Positions 41,902 to 51,593 of a DNA stretch of 64,000 nucleotides are shown here, in pieces. The position numbers and the translations under genes are program-made. This DNA comes from a bacterium UBP13_UBA5359. GTDB lineage: Bacteria > UBP13 > UBA5359. The stretch covers positions 206,397 to 270,396 of the forward strand of contig DHPR01000033.1 of the NCBI GenBank assembly GCA_002410925.1, given 5' to 3'. Numbering within the stretch: position 1 is the first letter of the stretch; every line of letters begins with the position of its first letter. Below the pieces are notes generated by a model that saw only the letters and a list, made by a program, of their open reading frames with translations, ran no database searches and had not been told where the DNA came from.

Positions 41902-43125
41902 TTATGCCCGCCTCCTTAGAAACGCACGCTTGATTTTACTCAATACATTATGTTCGTTAATCTCTATTTCTTCATCAGCATCCAGTATAGTTCGTGCCAT
42001 TCTTCTAATGCATTCCGATACATCGCTCTGCGGATCGGTTAGAATAAAGGGCTTACCCTGATTGACGGACGGAACTACAATTCTGCCCTCGCTGGGAATG
42101 GCAATATCTATCTCCCGATCCAGAAAGCTGGATACGTCGTCCATCTTGATCCCCATATCACCTGAAGCGCGATTCATGATCAGCTTTATCTTCTCCCTGG
42201 GATAATGTAAAGCGTCCATAACTTCAAGGCAGAGCTTGGCATTTCTCAGCGATGGAAGATCAAACGTGGTAATAAGAAATATATAATTAGAAACATCCAG
42301 CGCCGCCAAGGTGATATCCTGCAGCACTGATGAGGTATCCACAATTATCAGAGAGTAATTGTTCTTGAGAGTTTCCAAGACCCTTTCCACACAATAAACG
42401 GTAACGGTTTCAGCATATTCAGGCTTGGGAGGCGCTGCCAGAACCTTTATACCGGTTTTATGTTCCGTCAAGAACTGCTCCATAAGATCAGCATCAAGCT
42501 CTTTATATCGGGAAATAAGTCCGGCCAAGGTGCGTTCAGGAGTCAAGTTAAGCATCAAATCGATATCGCCAAACTGTAAGTTAAGATCCACCAGCGCAAC
42601 CCTTTGATCAAAATCCTTGGCCAGACAGACCGCCAGATTAGTGGCAATCATACTCTTGCCTACGCCATCGTGAGGGCTGTAAATGGAGATAACTTTAGAT
42701 TTCCGGCCTATCTTGCTTAAAGTAGCTTCCTGTATTTGGCGCTTTTTCTCACGCTCATAGACCCTGTTTATGGCCGTTATAAGAGCATCGCTGGTAAAGG
42801 GTTTAACCAGAAAGTCTCTGGCACCTGCTATCATGGCCTTGCGCAGGTATTCCTGGTCACCCTCCGCAGACATGATAATAACTACTGTTTCAGGCAAATC
42901 GAGCGTTATTATCTCCGTTGCTTGAATGCCGTTCATAACGGGCATATTGACGTCCATCAGAATAACATCAGGCTTCGTTTCTACTGCGGCCTTAACGGTT
43001 TCCTGCCCATTAGAACTTTCCCCGACTATTATGATGTTGTCTTCCAGACTCAGAATCTTTCTTATATTCTCACGAGTCTGCGCTCCATCATCGGCTATCA
43101 ACACTTCAATTTTAGGCAACATCAT
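41902..43125 (-). CDS. cpaE: CpaE/TadZ: receiver domain plus ParA/MinD-like ATPase
   Basis: LIADD...ILMDVNMP...FLVKPF receiver; SPHDGVGKS, VDLNLQFGD. Confidence 0.9.
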   Translation of the reverse strand: MMLPKIEVLIADDGAQTRENIRKILSLEDNIIIVGESSNGQETVKAAVETKPDVILMDVNMPVMNGIQATEIITLDLPETVVIIMSAEGDQEYLRKAMIAGARDFLVKPFTSDALITAINRVYEREKKRQIQEATLSKIGRKSKVISIYSPHDGVGKSMIATNLAVCLAKDFDQRVALVDLNLQFGDIDLMLNLTPERTLAGLISRYKELDADLMEQFLTEHKTGIKVLAAPPKPEYAETVTVYCVERVLETLKNNYSLIIVDTSSVLQDITLAALDVSNYIFLITTFDLPSLRNAKLCLEVMDALHYPREKIKLIMNRASGDMGIKMDDVSSFLDREIDIAIPSEGRIVVPSVNQGKPFILTDPQSDVSECIRRMARTILDADEEIEINEHNVLSKIKRAFLRRRA

Positions 43126-43151
43126 CCCTCACGTAACTTAACTACTGTCAA

Positions 43152-44789
43152 TTATGGTTTCTCATTGGTTTTTATCTGAGCAGCCATATCTTTCAACAGT
43201 ACCGGTTTAATCAGCACTACCAATTCGGTTTCACCTTTATTAAATTCGGTGCTTTTGAAGAGATTTCCGATTATCGGTATATCTCCCAGCAGAGGAACCT
43301 TAGTGATCCTTTGCGTATCATGCTGGCTTATCAATCCGCCTATAGCTAACGTCTCTTCATCATGAAGACGAACAAATGTCTTGGCTGTCCGCTTGGAAAA
43401 GGCGGGTATAAAAGCCCCTTCTATCGTCGTTCCATTTACCCTATCGATATCGCTGACATCTGAGACTATCTCCATATCGATAGAACCATCGGTCTTTATG
43501 ATAGGTGCAATTTGTAATTCAATGCCGAAATTTTTCCATATGATAGATTGAGTGGCCTTACCATCAGTTATAGTTGTTATCGGTACCGGCACCTCTCCAC
43601 CTACCAGGAAGCTGGCATTCTTACCGCTAACAGTTACAAGGCTTGGTGATGAAAGTATGCGTGCATATGGTGTTTCTTCCACCAGCATATTCAAAGCTGC
43701 AACAAATTTGTCTGTCCTCTCAAAGGGCCCGCCTATACTAAGCTCCCCGAAACTCAAGGTTTCATTCCATTTTACACCCGTTTTTTGCAACTGTTCCTTG
43801 TCAATTTCTAAAACCTTCAACTCTACTCGCACCTGCGGTAAAGCCTCTATGACAATCTCATCGATTATAATTTTGCCAAACCCTGCAGCCGCCTTTAAAA
43901 GACGAGCATGTTCCTCCGAAGTAGTTCTCCCGGTAAGCTTGATCTTATCCTCAATGATTTCCGCCTTTACCTTGTCGCTGGTAATAAGACGCACTTGTTC
44001 GGCTACGCTCATCACCGATTTTGCCGGTTTCTCGTTAATTTTAATAAAGCTCACTACCTCCAAACCACTGGACCTAGCCAGAACAACAGCAGCATCCGCT
44101 GCCGCTTTATCATCGACTGCACCGGTTAGAAGAACTGTATTACGCAAAATCTGTATGGATACCCCCGATAGCGCTTCAATAGTATTAAAGCAGGATACCA
44201 ACTCTGCAATATCAGCTACAACCTTTACGTTATGGCTGCTGCGACCGCTTTTCTCCCATATATGCAGCACCGTCTCTCCCGGCATCTTGGCATTCAAAAT
44301 AAGCTCTTGTTCAGATAGAACAATAAGATCGAGCACATTAGGATTAGCCACAGCTACACGCTGCAGGCCTTTTACAAGCAACACCTTGGATTTGCCTGCA
44401 GGTATAACGATAATCTGTGAAGAGAGAGCGCCTCTTGCCGTTGGCAGAGTATAGCTCTGTTGCCTGACCGGTATAACGTTGTCAATAACCGGCCTGGTTG
44501 CCTGCTTTGCCGGGGCAACAGAAGAGAGCTTCTGTTCTGTTGGCATGCTAGCATCGGCTTCAGAAGTTATTGGAATTAAGAGCTTCTGTCCTGGAGAGAT
44601 AGCTCTTATATCCCGCTCTTCAAGCTTGTTAGCTGCAGCCAGATTCGATACTTCGATTCGATATCTGGCGGCAATGGCTTCCGGAGTATCGCCATCCTGA
44701 ACCATATAATATGTATCGGCATAGGCACCGGAGAGTATCAAAAGAGCTGCCGCCAATAAAAAGCCGAATATTTTCGTATTGCAAGACAT
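43152..44789 (-). CDS. cpaC: Tad secretin CpaC/RcpA with N-terminal LysM domain
   Basis: Signal peptide; YMVQDGDTPEAIAARY...ISPGQKLLIP LysM; RVAVANPNVLD; ASFLVGGEVPVP; KVPLLGDIPIIGNLFKS...ETELVVLIKP secretin signature. Confidence 0.92.
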   Translation of the reverse strand: MSCNTKIFGFLLAAALLILSGAYADTYYMVQDGDTPEAIAARYRIEVSNLAAANKLEERDIRAISPGQKLLIPITSEADASMPTEQKLSSVAPAKQATRPVIDNVIPVRQQSYTLPTARGALSSQIIVIPAGKSKVLLVKGLQRVAVANPNVLDLIVLSEQELILNAKMPGETVLHIWEKSGRSSHNVKVVADIAELVSCFNTIEALSGVSIQILRNTVLLTGAVDDKAAADAAVVLARSSGLEVVSFIKINEKPAKSVMSVAEQVRLITSDKVKAEIIEDKIKLTGRTTSEEHARLLKAAAGFGKIIIDEIVIEALPQVRVELKVLEIDKEQLQKTGVKWNETLSFGELSIGGPFERTDKFVAALNMLVEETPYARILSSPSLVTVSGKNASFLVGGEVPVPITTITDGKATQSIIWKNFGIELQIAPIIKTDGSIDMEIVSDVSDIDRVNGTTIEGAFIPAFSKRTAKTFVRLHDEETLAIGGLISQHDTQRITKVPLLGDIPIIGNLFKSTEFNKGETELVVLIKPVLLKDMAAQIKTNEKP

Positions 44790-44809
44790 TCGTCTTCCCC
44801 CTTGAAAAA

Positions 44810-45733
44810 CTAATCCAGAGATACGAAATCTCTCTGCGTACCCCTAATAACCTCTATTGTTTTGGCCGGCTTAGGTTGTTCAGCCTGCCCTGTGCCACTC
44901 CCGGAACGCTTCTCTGCCGGGTAAATTGCAGCCGGCGGCAAAATGGGAGCAGAATACGAGGGTTGCGTTTGAGTATAAGACTCGCTACGGCTTTGAATAG
45001 CCGCCCTTGTCTCACCATCAGGCTTGCCGATTAATTTTGTTCTTTTAACAGTTACAGGAGTTACCACCATATTTTTATATAGCAGCTGTGCCGGCCTGAG
45101 TATAAAACGCAACTTGCCATTTGCTTCAGCCAAAGCCAGCTTGGTAGCCTGTTCAGGAGACATCGCCAATGTGACAAATTTCTCAGCTGTTTCCTTGCCT
45201 GCAGATGGCTGCGGTTGTCCTGATGTTCCTGCCTGCGGATACTGGCTGTTACGCCCTAGACCGATAATTTCGATATTCTGTAGCAATAACTTGCTGCTGT
45301 CATTGCCAAATACAGCAATAACATCAACCGTATCTCCAACCTTGAGAATATTGCCTAAGCCAGAGACGTCATCAACTACCAGGCTTATGGCCCTTCTATT
45401 ACCGATCAATGCAAAGGAGATACCCATCTCTTCACGTGTCGCTACATGATCCTGAAGCAACATAGTTCCCCGCGATATATCTGTCCGAGCAACCTTTCCA
45501 ACAAGCAGGTCGGTGGTCATGTGCGCCCTTGAAGGTATCTCTACTTCAGGCTTGGTTTCCATCACCAGCATGCCCTCGGTAATTATAGCTTTGGCCGGTA
45601 TATTTATTGCCGCAACTACAACGTTAGCACGCTTCTGCGCTTCCTGTCTCATATTCTTAGCGTAGATAGTCGCCACTGTGGCTGCTATCAACGCCAACAG
45701 AAGTGAGAGCATTACTGTACGGTTTTTTAACAT
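44810..45733 (-). CDS. cpaB: Flp pilus assembly protein CpaB/RcpC
   Basis: SAF domain VVVAAINIPAKAII, RAISLVVDDVSG...LKVGDTVDVI, VTLAMSPEQA. Confidence 0.92.
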   Translation of the reverse strand: MLKNRTVMLSLLLALIAATVATIYAKNMRQEAQKRANVVVAAINIPAKAIITEGMLVMETKPEVEIPSRAHMTTDLLVGKVARTDISRGTMLLQDHVATREEMGISFALIGNRRAISLVVDDVSGLGNILKVGDTVDVIAVFGNDSSKLLLQNIEIIGLGRNSQYPQAGTSGQPQPSAGKETAEKFVTLAMSPEQATKLALAEANGKLRFILRPAQLLYKNMVVTPVTVKRTKLIGKPDGETRAAIQSRSESYTQTQPSYSAPILPPAAIYPAEKRSGSGTGQAEQPKPAKTIEVIRGTQRDFVSLD

Positions 45734-45757
45734 TAAGGCCTTACCCCCCGGATAGAT

Positions 45758-46897
45758 TTATTCGATCAGCTTAACTTCCCCAGGGAAGTATCTTATCTCA
45801 TAACTCAAAGTAACATTGGAGGCACTGAATGAAATAATATCTGCGACCATGCCTCCATATATATTTGAATAAGCAGCTGCCATATCCAGCAAGCCATTCG
45901 GAGCATAAAAGACTCCATTCAAAGTATGCCCCCTGCCGCTGATCTCCAGAATATTACCTGCAAAAAAGAGCATAGGGCCATCATCATAAGGTACCAGTTT
46001 AATATTGTTGCCTACTATTTTAATATCTCCGGTAGCCACTATCGTGGCCTTCCCGGAGATTCTCGACTGCAATTTAACATTGCCATCGATAAAATATATA
46101 CCCTCCAGCCGGGCATCAGGGGGAAAGGTATAATCTCCCACATATTTAAATGTTGCCGACCCCTGATATGCCATCATATCATATACAGGAGGTATGAGCG
46201 GGTCAATATAGCGACTGGCAATCTTATTATTAACGGAGACGTGGTTGTTATCTATAATTCCGGAATATTCCACCGTTCCCGTATTTCCACTACCGGTTAC
46301 CTTAAAATTGTGGTTGGTGCTGGCAGGTCGGTCGAAGTGATTCGAACTACCGCTAAGCTCTAGAGAGTACCCCCCACCCTGTGTACCGGTTTTACTACTG
46401 GCTAGAATACTTGTATTCCAACCTCCCCCGCCTTTGGCAACACTCCTTGCCCTGATCGGAATGTCTCTGATGCCTATCAACCGCAACCAAAATGTCTTAG
46501 CGATTCGCTCAGCCCTGACCTCTATAGTCCAGTTCGAAGGCACTCCGAGCCTGAAGGTTCTATCATCTCTGAACGGCGATGTTACATATAAAGTATCTTC
46601 GCCATTTCCTATATACATTATAGTATTATTTTCTGCATCGACCGCCTTTAACCCTTTCGCAATATTTTGTGAATAATATTCAGCTGCGCTGTCCCGGGCA
46701 GCTGCCGCCTGCGGCAATTCTACTGCGCCGGCCAGGGCAGCTGCATCCGAGTAGTTTCTTAATTGCCTGTACTGCCAGAATATATTACCGGCATCCAATA
46801 CCACTCCGGCCAAAAGCAGAAACACCACCGCACTTATGGCAAGCAAAACAAGTGATTGCCCCCGTTTGTTAAAGATATTAACAAAAATATCACTCAA
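45758..46897 (-). CDS. tadG: TadG-like pilus tip/assembly protein
   Basis: RGQSLVLL prepilin-like start, VLDAG...LRNYSDAAALAGA; C-terminal beta-rich GVFYAPNG domain. Confidence 0.8.
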   Translation of the reverse strand: MSDIFVNIFNKRGQSLVLLAISAVVFLLLAGVVLDAGNIFWQYRQLRNYSDAAALAGAVELPQAAAARDSAAEYYSQNIAKGLKAVDAENNTIMYIGNGEDTLYVTSPFRDDRTFRLGVPSNWTIEVRAERIAKTFWLRLIGIRDIPIRARSVAKGGGGWNTSILASSKTGTQGGGYSLELSGSSNHFDRPASTNHNFKVTGSGNTGTVEYSGIIDNNHVSVNNKIASRYIDPLIPPVYDMMAYQGSATFKYVGDYTFPPDARLEGIYFIDGNVKLQSRISGKATIVATGDIKIVGNNIKLVPYDDGPMLFFAGNILEISGRGHTLNGVFYAPNGLLDMAAAYSNIYGGMVADIISFSASNVTLSYEIRYFPGEVKLIE

Positions 46898-47291
46898 TTC
46901 TCATCACCACCCGGCTTCGAAGCAAGCAATGCTTAATAATGGAATTGATCACCGGGATCTGCAGCGGCAACGAATAATTAACGATGATTGTTACGGGATA
47001 ACCGCTCATCCTGCCTGTTTCAAGCTCTGATGGAGATACCGATATATCCGTTTTTTGAAGTACTGGATTAAGCGTACCTGCCGCATTAATTACCGCCTGC
47101 TTGATTCTATCATCGCTACCGACCTCAAGCGCCATAACTGCAGCCAACCTTCCGCCTTCTCTGACGGCATGTTCTAAAACGAGCTTGGATCTCAAAATGA
47201 TACTGAACTGAAACAGTCCCATAATGAGCAGCAAGAGAAGCGGCATAATCAAGGCCATTTCCACCAACGATTGACCCTTGTCTCGCTTCAA
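46890..47291 (-). CDS. tadE: TadE-like minor pilin
   Basis: KGQSLVEMALIMPLLL...AVREGGR. Confidence 0.92.
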   Translation of the reverse strand: MKRDKGQSLVEMALIMPLLLLLIMGLFQFSIILRSKLVLEHAVREGGRLAAVMALEVGSDDRIKQAVINAAGTLNPVLQKTDISVSPSELETGRMSGYPVTIIVNYSLPLQIPVINSIIKHCLLRSRVVMRIE

Positions 47292-47304
47292 AAGAATTCC
47301 CCCG

Positions 47305-47841
47305 TTAAATCTTAATAAAAAATGCGATAATTACACCTATAGCAATAGCCAGACTGTAGGGGAACGCCCTTTCCTTATTTCTTGAACCTAAAACTGAAAT
47401 CGGTTCTATGCAATCCACCTTCATAAATATCTTCCAAAACATCATACGCAGCACTCTGCCCATCCCTTTAAGGGTGCCCGATAAAACGCCTCTCTTCCAA
47501 GCTACAAACAGAGACATCAAACCGCCAAATAGGCTGCCGAAGAGAAAGCTTTGAAAGGTCATATTAGGACCGAGCAAAGCACCAACAGCCATAAGCAGCT
47601 TCACATCACCCGCGCCAAGCAAACCCATGATAAAAGGAATAATAAAAAGAGCAAGTCCTATCGCCATTCCCGAAAGGCTATCAGCTAATCCCTTCATGCC
47701 GTTATCAAGACATGCCAGAATTATGCCGCAAAGCATAGCTGGAAAGGTTATTTTATTAAGGACCTTACCGCTCTTTTGATCCGTATATACGGATACGGCC
47801 AGCAGAGCAAGTATTAATAAAGCCCTGATCACCGGAAACAT
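47305..47841 (-). CDS. cpaA: Prepilin peptidase CpaA/TadV (A24)
   Basis: VYTD...KVLN, LGAGDVKL, FPYSLAIAIG. Confidence 0.92.
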   Translation of the reverse strand: MFPVIRALLILALLAVSVYTDQKSGKVLNKITFPAMLCGIILACLDNGMKGLADSLSGMAIGLALFIIPFIMGLLGAGDVKLLMAVGALLGPNMTFQSFLFGSLFGGLMSLFVAWKRGVLSGTLKGMGRVLRMMFWKIFMKVDCIEPISVLGSRNKERAFPYSLAIAIGVIIAFFIKI

Positions 47842-47863
47842 CTGTGAAAACCTCTCTAGTTTT

Positions 47864-47899
47864 GAAGAGCCCTGCCTGTCTAGACAGGCAGGGCTCTTC
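47864..47899. other. Perfect 36-bp palindrome between flp and cpaA
   Basis: GAAGAGCCCTGCCTGTC-TA-GACAGGCAGGGCTCTTC. Confidence 0.85.
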
Positions 47900-48004
47900 T
47901 TTGCGCTAAAGCATATTATTGCAACGTCTTACTGCTTGTTTCAGCTTTAACCTTTTCAACCTTCCGAATGAGATTACATCCGACACAAGTGCTGATGAAG
48001 TCCC

Positions 48005-48199
48005 TTAGTTAGCCGGAACTTGCTCAATGACGGAAGCATCGTTCACCGAAGATCTCATGTTGTTGAAGACGCCGCCAAGTGAGTTTCTAAAAGCTGTCAG
48101 CACAGTAACAAGACCCAAAGCAATAAGAGCTATCAGCAGAGCATACTCGGTCATGGTCTGGCCCTCTTCTTCAACCATTAATCTTTTCAGCATTTCCAT
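48005..48199 (-). CDS. flp: Flp (Tad-type) major pilin
   Basis: EEEG|QTMTEYALLIALIAL Flp motif; GGGAGG RBS. Confidence 0.95.
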   Translation of the reverse strand: MEMLKRLMVEEEGQTMTEYALLIALIALGLVTVLTAFRNSLGGVFNNMRSSVNDASVIEQVPAN

Positions 48200-48317
48200 A
48201 ATAAATTACCTCCCGGTTATTTTTTATTTTCTCTGCCACTTTTAGTTAAGCTTATTATGCCAGAGAAATCCCCTGCTTACCAGAGTCTTTTACCTTATTT
48301 TATATAGGTAAATAGTC

Positions 48318-48974
48318 CTAATCCATATTAATAAGCCCTCGCCTCAATGCCAGCAATACGGCCTGCGTCCTATCGTTTACCTGTAGCTTTTTGAATATAT
48401 TGGAGAGATGGTTTTTCACCGTCTTCTCACTGATAAAGAGTGATGCGGCAACATCCTTATTGCCGTGCCCATCGGCTATGGCCTGCAGTATCTCGATCTC
48501 CCTTGTAGTGAGCTCATCAAATACATTTGCGGCTTCCCGATAATTAGATATATTACTGAACTCCTCAAGCAGCTTAGAAGCTATAGTCGGTTCTACCAGA
48601 GCCTCGCCAACGCTAGCCATCCTTACTGCTTCCACCAGGCGCTCAGCTACTATATCCTTCAGTATATACCCGGACGCACCCGCCTTTATAGCCTCAAAAA
48701 TGTGTTCATTATCCTGATAAACGGTAAGAATGAGCACCGCAACCCTGGGACATTCCTTCTTGATTTGGCGTGTTGCTTCCACCCCTGATAGTTCAGGCAT
48801 ACTGATATCCATAATGATGACATCAGGGTCTAATGACCTGGCCATTTCCACAGCATCCATACCGTTCTTGGCTACACCGATTACGGATATGTCGCCGGCT
48901 TCGGATAGAACCCGCTGGATTCCCTCCCGCATCAAAGGATGATCATCAGCTATCAGCAGCCTGATGCAGTCCAT
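48318..48974 (-). CDS. NarL/DegU-family response regulator
   Basis: IADDHPLMREG, MDISMP, GYILKD, LuxR HTH LTTREIEIL...SEKTVKNH. Confidence 0.93.
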   Translation of the reverse strand: MDCIRLLIADDHPLMREGIQRVLSEAGDISVIGVAKNGMDAVEMARSLDPDVIIMDISMPELSGVEATRQIKKECPRVAVLILTVYQDNEHIFEAIKAGASGYILKDIVAERLVEAVRMASVGEALVEPTIASKLLEEFSNISNYREAANVFDELTTREIEILQAIADGHGNKDVAASLFISEKTVKNHLSNIFKKLQVNDRTQAVLLALRRGLINMD

Positions 48975-48985
48975 ACCTCACTCTC

Positions 48986-49744
48986 CTATACTCCAACCGT
49001 AAGCGTTACAGAAGTCCCCTTTCCGGGAGACGTTGTTATCTCTATATCAGCCCCCATCAACTCGGCTCTTTCCCGCATGCTTACAAGACCGAATTTTTGC
49101 TTGGCACTGAGAGTCTTTATGGTCTCTTCAAATTTGAAACCCTTGCCGTCATCCTTAATGCATAAGATTATTCTGTTATCGGAGGAATCAACACGAATGG
49201 CAGCTTTGCCGGCGCCGGAATGTTTATAAGTGTTGTTCAGCGCTTCCTGAGCAATTCTGAACATTGCCAACTCATAATCACTCTTCAACCGGGGAAGGGA
49301 TGAGGATATATTAGCATCGATATCGATGCCTGTTCGTTTGCTGAATGCCTTGGCATACTGCCGCATAGCGGCGGCAAATCCCAGATCATCAAGAGCCATG
49401 GGACGAAGGTCATAAATAAACTTTCTTATTTCCTCCAGGCAATCTCGTGCAATAGATTTAAGCTCACCGAGTTCATTCGACAAAAGATTAGGATCCTTCT
49501 TTAGCAGTTTTTCACATAGATCAAGTCTAAGAACAATATTAGCTATATTCTGTACCGGCCCATCATGGAGGTCTCTGGCAATCCGGCGCCGTTCCTCCTC
49601 CTGCAAAGATATAACCTTAGCTCCATCTGCAGAGAAGGGTGCCTCCGCTTGATTGGCAAGATCGCCACTATACTGCTTTAACAGCTGACCGGCAGCAAGA
49701 AGATGCTCCTCTATTTCATTCAGAACAATTCCCGACTCAGACAA
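48986..49744 (-). CDS. Soluble DegS-like HisKA_3 histidine kinase
   Basis: QEEERRRIARDLHDGPVQ, DLRPMALDDLG, QEALNN, DDGKGF, FGLVSMRER; no transmembrane segment. Confidence 0.9.
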   Translation of the reverse strand: MSESGIVLNEIEEHLLAAGQLLKQYSGDLANQAEAPFSADGAKVISLQEEERRRIARDLHDGPVQNIANIVLRLDLCEKLLKKDPNLLSNELGELKSIARDCLEEIRKFIYDLRPMALDDLGFAAAMRQYAKAFSKRTGIDIDANISSSLPRLKSDYELAMFRIAQEALNNTYKHSGAGKAAIRVDSSDNRIILCIKDDGKGFKFEETIKTLSAKQKFGLVSMRERAELMGADIEITTSPGKGTSVTLTVGV

Positions 49745-49796
49745 ATTTCCACCCCGAATATTTATTTCGACAAACGCCGATAATTCTCCTTTTTGA

Positions 49797-51593
49797 CTAA
49801 GATTGCGTAAGAGGAGCTACCAATCCCCAATGAGTCTGACGCTTATTTACTATTATATCCCACACACTCAGATTATCACGACCATATTTAATTGAAACAC
49901 CTAAGATATTGGCAAAACCCGGCTTGCACCCATATTCTTGTGGCAACGAAGTGATATCAAACAAAGATGGATAGATTCTCTCCGCTTTTTCGCATAGTTC
50001 ACGCATCTTACCAGTATTATTTGCAGCATTATACAGTGCAGCAAGATCCAAAAGATAGCGAGGCTCCGATTGTTTGCCGGCTACCGCTGATTCATAAGAT
50101 GCTATCGCTTTCTTCAAGTACCGCTCCTCTCCTCTCTGCTCATATAACCTGTAACAGGCTTTGCCCATATAGGCGTGGTATATCGGCTGATTTGTATCCC
50201 ATTGAGCGGCTTTCACCAATCTCTGCATTGCAAGCTCATATTTACCCTGCTCATACAATCCTCTGCCACCGGCGTACAAAAAACGTCCCATACCTATTTT
50301 AACAGAAAAAAGGAGCAAGATAAAAACAGCCAGCAAGAAAGCAGGCGTTAACTTCCCGGTTTTAAAATAGATTATATCTCTTTGCTCCGCAGATGATATG
50401 CCGCCGATAATGAGCCAGAAAGGCAGGGCAAGCGCAGGATAGTTAAGGTAGTAGTTAAATAATTCATGCAATGTAAACCCAATCAGAGCCGTAACGGCGT
50501 AAATATGCCATAATCTCTCATTTTTATCCGCTGCAATCTTTGTCAAAGAAATTCGATAAGCGTTGAACAGGATATATAAGAATAACAGCAGACCGGGCAC
50601 GCCTGTTTCCGTTAAAATATGCAAGAAAATATTATGCGCGTGCAAGGGAGCTATGAAAGATTCTCCTCTAAAATTATGGTCGGCTCTCCACAAGCGATAT
50701 GCATATGGATATGTACCGTAGCCCATACCGCTCAGTGGTCTCCGGCCGGCAATACTAATGGAATTCCTCCAAGTGCTTACCCTATCGCGGTTGCTCTCTT
50801 CACGCCCCTGCATTTTTACCAAACCCGGAGCCGTAGTCAGCATCAGCAGAGCCATTATCACTAAAAGCGTTCTTTTCCACTTTTGCATAGCCGGCATAAA
50901 GATCAATAGCAGAGTACCCCCCGCCATAAGTCCCAGCCAACCACTTCTGGATACGGTAAGAATTATGACTATGATCACAAGCATAATCCATACAACAGCT
51001 GTAAGAGGCTTTCCCTTCATCCGCAATCGTATAATTTGAGCCGGCCACAACAGCAAAAGCGTAGCAGAATAGAGGTTACAATTGCTCATCGTAGCATTGA
51101 GCCTATAACCAGACAGCTCTTCCACACCATATCCAATGACGCCTGCGTATACTATCAGCCCTGTTGTTATCAGAATAATCCCAATATTGGCCAGAGCCGT
51201 TATCAGCCGTTCTGATCCATTATTAATAACATAGGTTCTTATCAACAAGTAAACAGGCAGGCAACCAATTACATATAGATTCTCTTCCACAGTCGATCCA
51301 GGCCGGATGGACCAGAGAGCAGAGATAACCTGCCACAAAAAAAAAGCGATAACGGCTATATCCATGCTGTTAAGGTTGATACCGCCTGCAGACCATTCTC
51401 TGTAAAGCAATAGCAGCGTAATTATATTTAAACAGGATAATATCAAGAAGGATGTTGTCATTGCCAGGCCGTTGATATGACCCAGCAGCAGCATTACTAT
51501 GGATACCGGAATAACAATGGTAATGCTGTCATGAAAGTGTGCTCTTTGATTACGCCTGGTACCAGTGCTACCACACCATAAATAGCTCTCCAT
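49797..51593 (-). CDS. O-antigen ligase (Wzy_C)-family membrane protein with C-terminal TPR-like repeats
   Basis: Many TM segments; TVSRSGWLG, RPLSGMGYG, HAHNIFLHILTETGVPG; TPR-like helical tail. Confidence 0.85.
   Translation of the reverse strand: MESYLWCGSTGTRRNQRAHFHDSITIVIPVSIVMLLLGHINGLAMTTSFLILSCLNIITLLLLYREWSAGGINLNSMDIAVIAFFLWQVISALWSIRPGSTVEENLYVIGCLPVYLLIRTYVINNGSERLITALANIGIILITTGLIVYAGVIGYGVEELSGYRLNATMSNCNLYSATLLLLWPAQIIRLRMKGKPLTAVVWIMLVIIVIILTVSRSGWLGLMAGGTLLLIFMPAMQKWKRTLLVIMALLMLTTAPGLVKMQGREESNRDRVSTWRNSISIAGRRPLSGMGYGTYPYAYRLWRADHNFRGESFIAPLHAHNIFLHILTETGVPGLLLFLYILFNAYRISLTKIAADKNERLWHIYAVTALIGFTLHELFNYYLNYPALALPFWLIIGGISSAEQRDIIYFKTGKLTPAFLLAVFILLLFSVKIGMGRFLYAGGRGLYEQGKYELAMQRLVKAAQWDTNQPIYHAYMGKACYRLYEQRGEERYLKKAIASYESAVAGKQSEPRYLLDLAALYNAANNTGKMRELCEKAERIYPSLFDITSLPQEYGCKPGFANILGVSIKYGRDNLSVWDIIVNKRQTHWGLVAPLTQS

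Noticed and set aside
47900-48317. c-di-GMP riboswitch around flp
   Set aside because: No class I or class II consensus recognisable by eye; an Infernal search would settle it.
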